This document shows positions 55,708 to 64,000 of a stretch of DNA of 64,000 bases, in pieces (within the stretch, counting starts at the first letter, position 1; each line of letters starts with the position of its first letter). Made by a program: the position numbers and the translations under genes. Origin of the DNA: Bryobacteraceae bacterium (GTDB taxonomy: Bacteria > Acidobacteriota > Terriglobia > Bryobacterales > Bryobacteraceae); NCBI GenBank assembly GCA_965217745.1, contig OZ244565.1, positions 5,075,281 through 5,139,280 of the forward strand, in the 5' to 3' direction. Under the pieces are notes generated by a model. It made no database searches. It saw nothing but the letters and a program-made list of their open reading frames with translations, and was not told where the DNA came from.

Positions 55708-56730
55708 GTGAATCTCCGATGTGCCGCGGCCTATCTTCTGTGCTGTTTTTCTGCGCTGGCCCAGACGCCTCCCCAGCAACTGCATTCAACGAAGACGACG
55801 GTAATCGGTGGAGTTCCCGGCAGCAACGTGATACTTGGACAGATCCGTTGTGATTCGTCCGGCAATATCGCGTTCCGGCAGACGCATGGGCCTTACATCG
55901 ACAAGGGCATGGTCATCGAGATCGAAAAAGGCGGGTCCCGCTCCCATGTTTTCGAATTGCCCGGTCCGGCAGCACCGAAGTTGAAGACCTTCTCGGTTGT
56001 CGATTTTACCGTCCGAGACTCGAATCTGCTGGTGCTGCTTCAGACCGCTGATTACAAAACGCATATCCTGCGGTACTCGACAGCGGACCAGAGCGTCGCC
56101 AGTGAAATCATTCTCGACGACAGCAAGGCAGCACCGAAATCTACCGATGGATATCTCAATGGTTCCAAGATTGCGATTATGCCAACCGGACAGCTTCTCA
56201 TTATTGGATCACGCACTTTACTGATAGACAAGGATTCGCACAAGTACAAATTTTCTCCTGCAATGGAACTCTACAGCGGGGACGGCCGTTTTATCAACCC
56301 GGTGGAATTCAGGAACGAAAAGCTCAACTGGAATGATCCGGCCCACGACCAAGCCGCTAACTTTCGTTCGCTAGATCTGGCTATCTCGGCCAACGGTCCA
56401 GATGGCGTTTACTTCGCCATGGAAACCAAGGGCCTGAAAGTATTTTGCATTTCCCCGTCCAGCGAAGTGACTAAGCAATTCGACATAGCGGTACCAGAGG
56501 GCTACCGTTCGATTGATCTGCAAGTCTTAGATGGGCAACTGCTGGTGCAGTATGTCGCAAACAAGAACGAAGAGCCGGTCCCCGACCTGTTTGTCTCCTA
56601 CAGCGCGGAGACCGGCGAGGCGCTGACGGCATACACAACGGACACCAAATTTTCCGGCGCCTTCGCGTGCTTTGATGGCCGCGGACCTTCAGTTTCCTGT
56701 CCACTGACCGCATGGGGCAGCGAGTTGTGA
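55708..56730 (+). CDS. Hypothetical secreted protein
   Basis: 340 aa with a GTG start, signal peptide MNLRCAAAYLLCCFSALAQ and a beta-rich body. No motif recognised. Confidence 0.55.
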   Translation: MNLRCAAAYLLCCFSALAQTPPQQLHSTKTTVIGGVPGSNVILGQIRCDSSGNIAFRQTHGPYIDKGMVIEIEKGGSRSHVFELPGPAAPKLKTFSVVDFTVRDSNLLVLLQTADYKTHILRYSTADQSVASEIILDDSKAAPKSTDGYLNGSKIAIMPTGQLLIIGSRTLLIDKDSHKYKFSPAMELYSGDGRFINPVEFRNEKLNWNDPAHDQAANFRSLDLAISANGPDGVYFAMETKGLKVFCISPSSEVTKQFDIAVPEGYRSIDLQVLDGQLLVQYVANKNEEPVPDLFVSYSAETGEALTAYTTDTKFSGAFACFDGRGPSVSCPLTAWGSEL

Positions 56731-56781
56731 TAACCGCCGAACCATAGAAGTGAACCACAAAAGCGAACCACAGAGGCGAGC

Positions 56782-59700
56782 CTAAGCCGTAGCCCGGCCG
56801 ATCCACTGCTCCAGGGCAGCGCGCAGGTCATCGATGCGCAGGGGTTTGGTCAGGTACTCGTCCATGCCGCTGGCCTGGCAGCGCTCGCGGTCTCCGGCCA
56901 GAGCGTGGGCCGTCAACGCGATGATCGGCGTGCGCGGCCGACCTTCGTTTTGCTCCCACAAGCGGATGCGCTCCGTGGCCTCATAGCCGTCGCAAAGAGG
57001 CATTTGGCAGTCCATCAAAATAGCGCAATACTCCGTGGTTTTGACGCTGTCGGCAGCTTGCACTCCATCTCCGGCGATGTCCACTTCAAATCCCATTTTT
57101 TCCAGGAGGCGGCTGGCGACTTTTTGATTTACCAGATTGTCTTCCGCCAGCAGAATGCGTCCCGGCGCGAATGCTCCGGCCAGATGCACGGGAGCGAATG
57201 GCTGAAGGCAATTCGCCGCAGAAACAGTTTCGGAAGAGACCGAGGCGTCGCACAGCGGCAAATGAATTTCAAACCAGAAGGTGCTTCCCTGCCCCGCCTG
57301 GCTTTCGAAGCCGATGGAGCCGTTCATCATTAAAGCAATTTGCTTCGAAATGGCCAGGCCAAGTCCAGTTCCGCCATACTTCCGGGTGGTGGAAGCATCA
57401 GCTTGCGTAAAGCTCTGGAACAGCCGGGATTGTTGTTCCAGCGGAATGCCGATTCCGGTGTCCACGACCGTTACCCTGACAAGCGCTGCTTCGTCGGGAG
57501 CCGGCCGGCACGTGACTTCCACCGTCGCGCCACCCTTCGCGGTGAACTTGACGGCATTCGACAACAGATTCAGGATGATTTGCCTGATCCGCAACGGATC
57601 TCCGCTAAACCATCTCGGGGCCGCCATCGGGTAATGAATCTCGAGATTAATGTTTTTAGACGCAGCCTGCGGCCTTAAGATGGCTGCCGCCATCGTGACG
57701 GTGTCTTCCAGGTTGAACGCGACTGATTCCAGGCTCATGCGGCCGGCTTCGATCTTGCTGAGATCGAGAACATCATTGATAATCTGCAGCAGGCTGAGCC
57801 CCGAGGCTTCGGCGGTCTCGAGATAGTCGCGAACGGTTGGCGTAATGTCCTCCGTCATAGCCAGCTGTGTCATTCCCAGCACGCCGTTCAGAGGAGTACG
57901 GATTTCATGACTCATGTTGGCTAGAAACGCGCTTTTCACGCGCGCTGCGGACTCGGCTTCGGTCTTGAGTTTTTGCGCTTCTTCCAACTGCGTGCTGATG
58001 ACGCTGGTCTGCCGGCGCACCTGGCGGCGCAGAACGAATGCCCATACCGAGATCAGGATCGAGGAGAACGCGACTAGGCCAAGGATCCAGAGAATCGATC
58101 GCGCCGTCCACCAGGGAGCCTCGCGCAGCACCTGGATGGAAAGCGGCGAGGGTATAAGCAGGCTGAAGCCAGAGGGCACCGATGGGCTGGTGGGCCGGTA
58201 CCGGAGCACGCAGATGCCATGGAGCCGCAAGAGGCTTCCTTTCCGTGCGACCAGCCCGTTCTGGTTGGGGAATTGGGCTGTAAACACGCTGTTTCCCGAA
58301 TGCATCAGAAAGACTTCCCCGCCTTCTGACGGGTACTGCTGTATCAACGTGGCATCCAGTTCAATCCACTGCCCTTCCGCGCCCTCGTTCACAATCTGGT
58401 CCGCACTGACGCGGCGGGGCTGGGGAGGCGAACCGGGGCGGATTCTTTGAAGTTCGGCACTCACCATTCTGATCCCCAGAAAGCTCGCCTTTGGAAAGCC
58501 TAAGGCTTCCACCCAATCGCCTACTTTCAAATCGTTGCTGGAGGATTCGCTTTGTATCTGAAGAGCGCCGGTCCGGTCCTGTATGTAAACCAATCCCTGC
58601 GGCGAGCGGAAGGTGATCTTGCCCTGAACCCGCTGGCGATGCCCATATCTGTTTTCAGCCGAGAAGGCCCCGAGTTCAGAGATGGGGCGAAGAGGCAACT
58701 CTCCGGCCGGGGGTTGCGGCGTTGCTACCTGGACGAAGTCCATTGACGGGGTGAGGATATGAAAGCCCATCAGCTGTCTGAAGCGGTTGAATTCGGTGCC
58801 GCAAACGCCTTGAATGCGGACTGAGGCATCAATCAGGTGGCGAGGCAGGCTGGTAACGCCGGAAACCATAACTGGAAAACGCGTACCGTTGTGCTCGGCA
58901 TCCAGCACCGCCACATGACGCCTATCGAGCCGCACGGAGCGAATGACGGCTTCGACTTCCACCCAATTGCTGTCCTCCACGCCCGACAGCAGACGGGACA
59001 TGCCCGGTTTCGAAGCTCCGGGCAGAGGCTCGTTTTCACTAATGATGTGGATGCGAGGCGAAGTCACAATGGGAGCGAACAGCCCCGGCCCGCTGACTCC
59101 AGTGAGAGCGACCTTTTGGCCGGCTCGGAGGCCGCTCAGCGACACGTTCGCCGCGTCGACGAAAACACCTCCCGATTCATCCTGAATAAAGAACTGAAAA
59201 CTCGCTGTATCGGCGAACGTAACAACTCCGGTCAACGACAGGGGATATTGCCGCTCTGCCTGCTCGAAAGTCAGCTGGTGCAGATCCGCTACGCGGGTCA
59301 GGACCGGCAGATTTCGATTCTGTGTTTCCCTGGACTGGGGAGCTTGCGTAAGCGATCTGGGCACACTGTCCACATGCAGATCAGCCGAGCTGTTTAAGAG
59401 CAGATTCAAACGGCTGAACCGGCCCTCGGCATCGGGGACCAGATTCAGTACGCCCTCCGCCCGGGTGCTGGCGCCTTCCAACCCTGCCGGACTAGGACCC
59501 GTGTAGTCGGTGATACGGACGTCAATGACACGGCCGCCGCTCTTAAGCGAAAGACTGATTTGGCCAAAGTGTCCGAATGCCCCTCTGGATACGGCGCCGC
59601 CCAACACAACGAATTTGTTCGCTAATGTAGTTCCCGACAGCTGCTCCGGGGTCACGCGAAGAGGTGACGGCCTGGTTCCATCTCCTAAAGGCCGGAGGGC

Positions 59701-60102
59701 GGCAGACTGCAGGCACAGCGGACCGGAGCCCAGACTCAGCATGCCGGTGGCTTCGATGAACTGCCCCAGCTTCAGTGGGTGAAGCTCGGAAGTCTCAATC
59801 CGCCAAGCCTCGCTCTCGTTCTGAACGAACAGCAACCCGCGCTCGGGATCGAAATATGTCACCTGGCCGCGAACGGTCTTTCTTAACAGGCTGTCTGCGT
59901 TTAGAACCCGATCGGAAAACCGCGAGAGCTTCGGCGCCAATGAAGGAATCATCCGGGGCAAGATGAACAGCGCCGCAACCAGGAGCATAAAGCCGCTCGA
60001 GAGCACCGCGACTTTCCGGCTCACCGGCAGCTTCAAAAAGGCGATCCCGCTTTCCACGCTACAGAAATAGTGGCGGTGTTTGACGAAACTCTCCTGTAAC
60101 AA
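56782..60102 (-). CDS. Hybrid sensor histidine kinase/response regulator with a large N-terminal extracytoplasmic region
   Basis: 1106 aa with two TM segments bracketing a domain of about 600 aa. HisKA is FLANMSHEIRTPLNGVLGM. HATPase_c has DTGIGIP..GGTGLGLAISK. REC has ILLAEDNLVNQ..ILMDCQMP..ALTAHA..YLTKP. Confidence 0.9.
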   Translation of the reverse strand: MLQESFVKHRHYFCSVESGIAFLKLPVSRKVAVLSSGFMLLVAALFILPRMIPSLAPKLSRFSDRVLNADSLLRKTVRGQVTYFDPERGLLFVQNESEAWRIETSELHPLKLGQFIEATGMLSLGSGPLCLQSAALRPLGDGTRPSPLRVTPEQLSGTTLANKFVVLGGAVSRGAFGHFGQISLSLKSGGRVIDVRITDYTGPSPAGLEGASTRAEGVLNLVPDAEGRFSRLNLLLNSSADLHVDSVPRSLTQAPQSRETQNRNLPVLTRVADLHQLTFEQAERQYPLSLTGVVTFADTASFQFFIQDESGGVFVDAANVSLSGLRAGQKVALTGVSGPGLFAPIVTSPRIHIISENEPLPGASKPGMSRLLSGVEDSNWVEVEAVIRSVRLDRRHVAVLDAEHNGTRFPVMVSGVTSLPRHLIDASVRIQGVCGTEFNRFRQLMGFHILTPSMDFVQVATPQPPAGELPLRPISELGAFSAENRYGHRQRVQGKITFRSPQGLVYIQDRTGALQIQSESSSNDLKVGDWVEALGFPKASFLGIRMVSAELQRIRPGSPPQPRRVSADQIVNEGAEGQWIELDATLIQQYPSEGGEVFLMHSGNSVFTAQFPNQNGLVARKGSLLRLHGICVLRYRPTSPSVPSGFSLLIPSPLSIQVLREAPWWTARSILWILGLVAFSSILISVWAFVLRRQVRRQTSVISTQLEEAQKLKTEAESAARVKSAFLANMSHEIRTPLNGVLGMTQLAMTEDITPTVRDYLETAEASGLSLLQIINDVLDLSKIEAGRMSLESVAFNLEDTVTMAAAILRPQAASKNINLEIHYPMAAPRWFSGDPLRIRQIILNLLSNAVKFTAKGGATVEVTCRPAPDEAALVRVTVVDTGIGIPLEQQSRLFQSFTQADASTTRKYGGTGLGLAISKQIALMMNGSIGFESQAGQGSTFWFEIHLPLCDASVSSETVSAANCLQPFAPVHLAGAFAPGRILLAEDNLVNQKVASRLLEKMGFEVDIAGDGVQAADSVKTTEYCAILMDCQMPLCDGYEATERIRLWEQNEGRPRTPIIALTAHALAGDRERCQASGMDEYLTKPLRIDDLRAALEQWIGRATA

Positions 60103-60136
60103 CTAATTCGTATAGGCCGCAGCCCTGCCGCATAGA

Positions 60137-60451
60137 ATGAAAGCGGGAAAGGAAACGAAAGAACACTTGAAAAACTCAAATTCCGCAGGTTTCGCAGGAT
60201 GGCTGATTGGGGGGGTCGCTCTGGGAGCGTCGATCGCCCTGTTGATCGCTCCGCAGACCGGCAAGAAGACTAGAAAGCTGCTGCGCAAATCGGCCGACAA
60301 AGGCGGCAAATCGCTGCTGGAATCCGGCCAGGAGATATTCGAGAAAGGGCGGGAACTTTTCGAGCGGGGACGTGAAATTGCCGAGCAAGCCGCGGAAGCG
60401 CTCGAGAAAAACGTTAACATCGCGGAGAAGAAATTCGAGGAGCGCTTCTAG
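60137..60451 (+). CDS. YtxH domain-containing protein
   Basis: 104 aa. GFAGWLIGGVALGASIALLIAPQTGKKTRKLLRKSADKG is followed by a helical charged tail. Confidence 0.75.
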   Translation: MKAGKETKEHLKNSNSAGFAGWLIGGVALGASIALLIAPQTGKKTRKLLRKSADKGGKSLLESGQEIFEKGRELFERGREIAEQAAEALEKNVNIAEKKFEERF

Positions 60452-60460
60452 CTAGTCACC

Positions 60461-62035
60461 ATGCCTGTTAACGCAGCCCCTGCCGCCGAACGCGAGCCCT
60501 TCGCAAACGAACCGTACACCAATTTTGGGAATCATGAGAACGCCGAGGCGGCTCAGGCCGCCCTCGCCACAGTACGATCTGAACTCGGCCGGGAGTACGA
60601 GCTAATAATTGCCGGAGAACGACGCCGCTCCAGTGAAAAGCTTTGCTCGGTGAATCCGTCGCGCCCTGACGAAGTAGTGGGCGTGCATCAGATGGCGTCA
60701 GAAAGTGACGCCCGGGATGCAGTGGAACGAGCGGCGGCCTATTTCCCCACGTGGGCCGCGAAGCCGGCCGAAGAACGCGCGGCGGCGCTGTTCCGGGCAG
60801 CCGGAATCCTGCGGCGGCGCAATCTGGAATTCGATGCCTGGCTGGTGGTGGAATCGGGCAAGACCTGGGGCGAAGCCGAAGCCGACGTCTCCGAAGCGAT
60901 CGATTTCTGCGACTACTATGCCCGGCAGGCGCTGAAACTCGCTCATCCGGAGCCGGTGCTGCAACTCGAAGGCGAACATGACGAGATGGTCTACCTCCCG
61001 CTCGGCGCCGGGGTTGTGATCCCGCCCTGGAATTTTCCGCTGGCCATTCTGGTGGGTATGACCACGGCCGCCCTGGTCACGGGCAACACCGTAGTGATAA
61101 AGCCCTCCAGCGATACACCTACCATTGCCGCGAAGTTTAGCGAAGTGCTGCTGGAGGCCGGATTCCCGCCGGAGAGTTTCTCGCTGCTAACCGGCAGCGG
61201 CGCGGCGATCGGTGAAGTTCTAGTTTCGCATCCCAAGACCCGGTTCATCTCGTTTACCGGCTCGCGGGACGTTGGCTTGCATATTAACGAGCTGGCGGCG
61301 AAGACGCCCAAGGGGCAGGTTTGGATTAAGCGCGTCATAGCCGAGATGGGCGGCAAAGACGCCATCGTGGTCGATCGCGAGGCCGATGTCGAAGATGCCG
61401 TGCTGGGCGTTCTCTATTCCGCGTTTGGCTTCCAGGGCCAGAAATGTTCGGCCTGCTCCCGGGCGATTGTCGACGAGGCTATCTACGATGAATTTCTGGA
61501 GAAGCTGAAGGCCAAAACCGAAGCCCTCCCGATCGGCCCTCCCGAGGACCTCGGCAACTATATGGGGCCGGTAATTAACAGCCGCGCTAAAGAATCCATT
61601 CTGAATTACATTGAAGTGGGCAAGCAGGAAGGACGCCTGATTACGGGAGGCGAAGCGCTTCCCGGCGAGGGTTATTTCATTCGTCCCACTGTGTTCGCGG
61701 ACATAGATGGGAAAGCCCGGTTGTTTCAGGAAGAGATTTTCGGTCCGGTGCTGGCTGTGGCGAAGGCGAAAGACTTCGACCATGCGCTGGAACTAGCCAA
61801 CGATTCCCAATACGGGCTGACGGGCGCAGTGTTTACCTCGAATCCCGAAAAAATCGAGAAGGCCCGCCGCCAATTCTTCGTCGGGAACCTTTACATCAAC
61901 CGCAAATGCACAGGCGCCATGGTGGGAGCTCACCCCTTTGGAGGCTTCAATATGTCCGGCACCGACTCCAAGGCAGGCGGGCCCGATTATCTGCTCCTTT
62001 TCGTTCAAGCCAAATCGATTGCACAGAAGCTATAA
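60461..62035 (+). CDS. pruA: L-glutamate gamma-semialdehyde (1-pyrroline-5-carboxylate) dehydrogenase
   Basis: 524 aa aldehyde dehydrogenase with IPPWNFPLA, EMGGKDAIVV and FGFQGQKCSACSR. Length and termini match RocA/PruA-type P5CDH. Confidence 0.88.
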   Translation: MPVNAAPAAEREPFANEPYTNFGNHENAEAAQAALATVRSELGREYELIIAGERRRSSEKLCSVNPSRPDEVVGVHQMASESDARDAVERAAAYFPTWAAKPAEERAAALFRAAGILRRRNLEFDAWLVVESGKTWGEAEADVSEAIDFCDYYARQALKLAHPEPVLQLEGEHDEMVYLPLGAGVVIPPWNFPLAILVGMTTAALVTGNTVVIKPSSDTPTIAAKFSEVLLEAGFPPESFSLLTGSGAAIGEVLVSHPKTRFISFTGSRDVGLHINELAAKTPKGQVWIKRVIAEMGGKDAIVVDREADVEDAVLGVLYSAFGFQGQKCSACSRAIVDEAIYDEFLEKLKAKTEALPIGPPEDLGNYMGPVINSRAKESILNYIEVGKQEGRLITGGEALPGEGYFIRPTVFADIDGKARLFQEEIFGPVLAVAKAKDFDHALELANDSQYGLTGAVFTSNPEKIEKARRQFFVGNLYINRKCTGAMVGAHPFGGFNMSGTDSKAGGPDYLLLFVQAKSIAQKL

Positions 62036-62104
62036 TTAGAGCTGCCCCGTTTTCAAGGGGACTACTTAGTTACAACTCTAGGGTCAATACCGATCGACGC
62101 GACC

Positions 62105-62138
62105 AAAGGGAGCTGATAAAGCTCCCTTTTCGCTTTTT
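62105..62138 (+). terminator. Rho-independent terminator downstream of pruA
   Basis: AAAGGGAGC-tgataaa-GCTCCCTTT stem-loop followed by TCGCTTTTT. Coordinates +/- 2 nt. Confidence 0.6.
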
Positions 62139-62217
62139 AGAAGCGTAAATGAATGGCTTAGCGCGCACGCCAGAAGTTTGGCAGTAGACGTAGCCAATCT
62201 GACTGCATCTAACCAGC

Positions 62218-62658
62218 GTGGTGTTTCCGTACTTATCAGTAGTACTTCCGGTAATGCTCGTTGCGGCGTCCGCCCTGGCAGCAATCCCCGACCTGGATTC
62301 CTTGCATTGGAAAAACCGTGTGCTGCTCCTGTTTTCGCCTGAGGCCGGCAGCCGCGAATTGGCGGAGCAGCAAGTAAAGCTCGATGCGGAGGCGGCGGGC
62401 TTACATGAACGTGACATGAAAGTATTCGAGATCGTGGGCGGCCAAGCTGGCGCAGCCGGGCTTCGATCGCGGTTTGGCGTGAAACCAGACCGGTTTACGG
62501 TTGTGCTGATCGGCAAGGATGGCGGAAGCAAACTGAAGAAATCCGGCGTTGTGGATGTTGCTTCCCTGTTTAGCAAGGTCGATTCCATGCCGATGCGCCG
62601 CTCCGAAATGCGCAATGCATCGGGAAGCGATAAGTCACCAGGAAACGATAAGCAATGA
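62218..62658 (+). CDS. DUF4174 domain-containing protein
   Basis: 146 aa with a GTG start and signal-like N terminus. WKNRVLLLFSP..ERDMKVFEI..FTVVLIGKDGGSKLK..VDSMPMRRSEM matches the DUF4174 pattern as I recall it. Confidence 0.65.
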   Translation: MVFPYLSVVLPVMLVAASALAAIPDLDSLHWKNRVLLLFSPEAGSRELAEQQVKLDAEAAGLHERDMKVFEIVGGQAGAAGLRSRFGVKPDRFTVVLIGKDGGSKLKKSGVVDVASLFSKVDSMPMRRSEMRNASGSDKSPGNDKQ

Positions 62659-63443
62659 TAACGGGGCTGAAAGATCGAGTGGCTCTGATTGCGGGCGCTA
62701 GCTCCGGTTTGGGGAAAGCTGCCGCAGAGGCGTTCGCGGAGGAAGGAGCATCGCTGGCTCTATGTGCTCGCGGTATGGAAAAGCTGGAGGAAACTGCGCG
62801 TCAGATCCGCGAAACCCACGGAGTTCGCGTGGAAACCCGCTCGGTAGACGTCAGCAATTCACAAGCAGTCCGCCACTTTGTCGGAGAAATGGCCAACCTG
62901 TTTCAGCGTATTGACGTGTGTATCCCGAATGCCGGCGGCCCTCCTGCGAAAGATTTCCTCGAGACAACCGATGCGGATTGGCAAAGGGCTTTCGACACGA
63001 ATCTCCTCAGCACGGTAACGTTCTGCCAGTCGGTGCTGCCGCACATGCAAGAACGCAAGTGGGGACGTATTGTCACCATCACGTCGATGACGGTCCGGCA
63101 ACCGCTGCCGCAATTGGTGCTCTCGAATACCCTCCGCACCGGTTTGCTGGGTCTCTATCGAACGCTCTCAAACGATTTTGCACAGTACGGCATCACCATA
63201 AATAACGTTGCGCCCGGCTACACCGCAACGGGAAGACTTAAGGAACTCTCCTCGAAGCTGGCCGCTTCCTCGGGGAAGACGGTAGCAGAGGTGGAAGCAG
63301 CTTGGGTCGCCGGCATACCCGCCGGCCGGCTCGCCCAACCGGAAGAAGTTGCCGACGCGGTAGTCTGGCTTGCCTCGGAACGCGCGGCGTTCATCACGGG
63401 GCAGACCTTAGTAGTGGATGGCGGAATGTACAAAGGAGTCTAA
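62655..63443 (+). CDS. SDR family oxidoreductase (FabG-like, atypical active-site region)
   Basis: 262 aa with GASSGLGKAAA, NAGG and NNVAPGY..TGQTLVVDGG. The position where YxxxK is expected reads LSNTLRTGLLGL. There is a 4-nt overlap with the upstream gene. Confidence 0.8.
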   Translation: MITGLKDRVALIAGASSGLGKAAAEAFAEEGASLALCARGMEKLEETARQIRETHGVRVETRSVDVSNSQAVRHFVGEMANLFQRIDVCIPNAGGPPAKDFLETTDADWQRAFDTNLLSTVTFCQSVLPHMQERKWGRIVTITSMTVRQPLPQLVLSNTLRTGLLGLYRTLSNDFAQYGITINNVAPGYTATGRLKELSSKLAASSGKTVAEVEAAWVAGIPAGRLAQPEEVADAVVWLASERAAFITGQTLVVDGGMYKGV

Positions 63444-63444
63444 A

Positions 63445-63831
63445 ATGGCACAGCAATTTGCCGAAGCAATCGAAAAGCGTGAAGCGCAGCATGTGCGCTG
63501 GCAGGATTTGCCGGTGGAACAGATGAATTCAATGCTCGACAGGCAGTTCGTCTCGGGAGAAAAGAGCATGGTCGCTCGCATTTTCTTGCGAAAAGGGTGT
63601 ACCGTTCCGGAGCACAGTCACGCCAACGAGCAAATCGCGTACGTCGAATCGGGAGCCATGCAATTCACCATTGGCGGCAAAGAAACCGTCTTGCGGGCCG
63701 GAGAGGTGTTGCTGATTCCGCCGGATGTTCCGCACAGCGCCTTGGCTCTGGAGGACACCGTGGATATCGATTTTTTTGCCCCGCCGCGCCGCGATTGGCT
63801 GGAACGGGAAGACAGCTATTTGCGGGGATAA
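63445..63831 (+). CDS. Cupin domain-containing protein
   Basis: EHSHANEQIAYVESGAMQFTIGGKETVLRAGEVLLIPPDVPHSA matches cupin_2 motifs. I start it at ATG 63445, which is preceded by AAGGAG. Confidence 0.8.
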   Translation: MAQQFAEAIEKREAQHVRWQDLPVEQMNSMLDRQFVSGEKSMVARIFLRKGCTVPEHSHANEQIAYVESGAMQFTIGGKETVLRAGEVLLIPPDVPHSALALEDTVDIDFFAPPRRDWLEREDSYLRG

Positions 63832-64000
63832 TCCGCTTAATTCCGGCACTTTTTCGATTAATTAGAAGTGAGTAAGCGATAATATTAAATAAATAAGTTG
63901 GCTGTGGGAGCTTGTCAGTAAATCAATCCTCCAGGCGGGTGGTCGTTCTGCTGAAGCACGGAGTGCTCGAGGCGATTGAATGCGAGAGAGACGACGTTTT

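Noticed and set aside
55657-55785. The N-terminal 43 codons of the longest tricorn ORF would overlap the divergent gene starting at 55708.
   Set aside because: The extension (MQLLGRRLGQRRKTAQ..) precedes a perfectly good signal peptide starting at MRTILLPLLL. Divergent coding overlap of about 80 nt is unlikely.
63915-64000. Possible 3' end of a minus-strand gene at the window edge (..NVVSLAFNRLEHSVLQQNDHPPGGLIY*).
   Set aside because: Only about 28 codons are visible and no family is recognisable. That is not enough to call a feature.
1-64000. I looked in all intergenic gaps over 100 nt for tRNA/rRNA genes, CRISPR arrays, riboswitch-like leaders and integrase/att sites. The gaps checked were around 12.3-13.0, 18.8-19.2, 33.06-33.26, 37.9-38.1, 38.86-39.02, 45.9-46.0, 48.05-48.45, 52.0-52.4 and 62.04-62.2 kb.
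   Set aside because: I saw no cloverleaf-like sequence, no regularly spaced repeats and no conserved leader that I could recognise by eye. This is a weak negative, and tRNAscan/Infernal would be decisive.

Overview
High-GC bacterial chromosomal segment. The gene content looks Acidobacteriota-like: a CarboxypepD_reg-type TonB-dependent-like outer membrane protein, a TIGR03436-style VWA protein, PEP-CTERM proteins and CadC-like/TPR regulators. That assignment is an inference from family recognition, not a search. All calls come from reading the supplied translations and DNA by eye. Family names are recalled motifs, and hand-derived element ends may be off by 1-2 nt.

Layout:
- 0-23 kb: housekeeping and regulatory genes. 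These include lysS, a lolC/E-like permease, an asmA-like gene, HxlR-SDR, an ECF sigma with a C-terminal extension, marR-MFS, an isolated nuoI, an ECF sigma/anti-sigma pair and an FNT channel.
- 23.4-33.1 kb: a cellulose synthase operon, minus strand. The order is a bcsQ-like gene with an N-terminal extension, a fused bcsA-bcsB, then bcsC.
- 33.2-39.5 kb: an AT-richer, decaying island bracketed by a ~0.45 kb direct duplication of the 5' end of an alpha/beta-hydrolase gene. It holds a VWA gene, several broken genes, an IS3/IS407-like element with a 4-bp target duplication, and a PEP-CTERM protein.
- 40.2-42.8 kb: comEC.
- 42.8-45.9 kb: a small-protein/HNH cassette split by a complete IS21-family element (6-bp target duplication).
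- 46-52 kb: a second lower-GC stretch. It carries a CadC-like winged-helix/TPR regulator divergent from a 1182-aa ORF. That ORF has a complete PEP-CTERM sorting signal internally, followed by a second signal-peptide-like segment and about 940 residues with no motif I recognise.
- 52-64 kb: tricorn-like protease, a secreted hypothetical protein, a hybrid histidine kinase, YtxH, pruA, DUF4174, an SDR and a cupin.

I found no rRNA, tRNA or CRISPR array. I also see no clear-cut multi-gene novel system such as a defence island. The most unusual items are:
- the internal PEP-CTERM/orphan giant protein locus;
- the bcs operon architecture, with a possible BcsR-BcsQ fusion and a BcsA-BcsB fusion;
- the Campbell-type duplication around the island;
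- the twice-occurring small-protein/HNH cassette.
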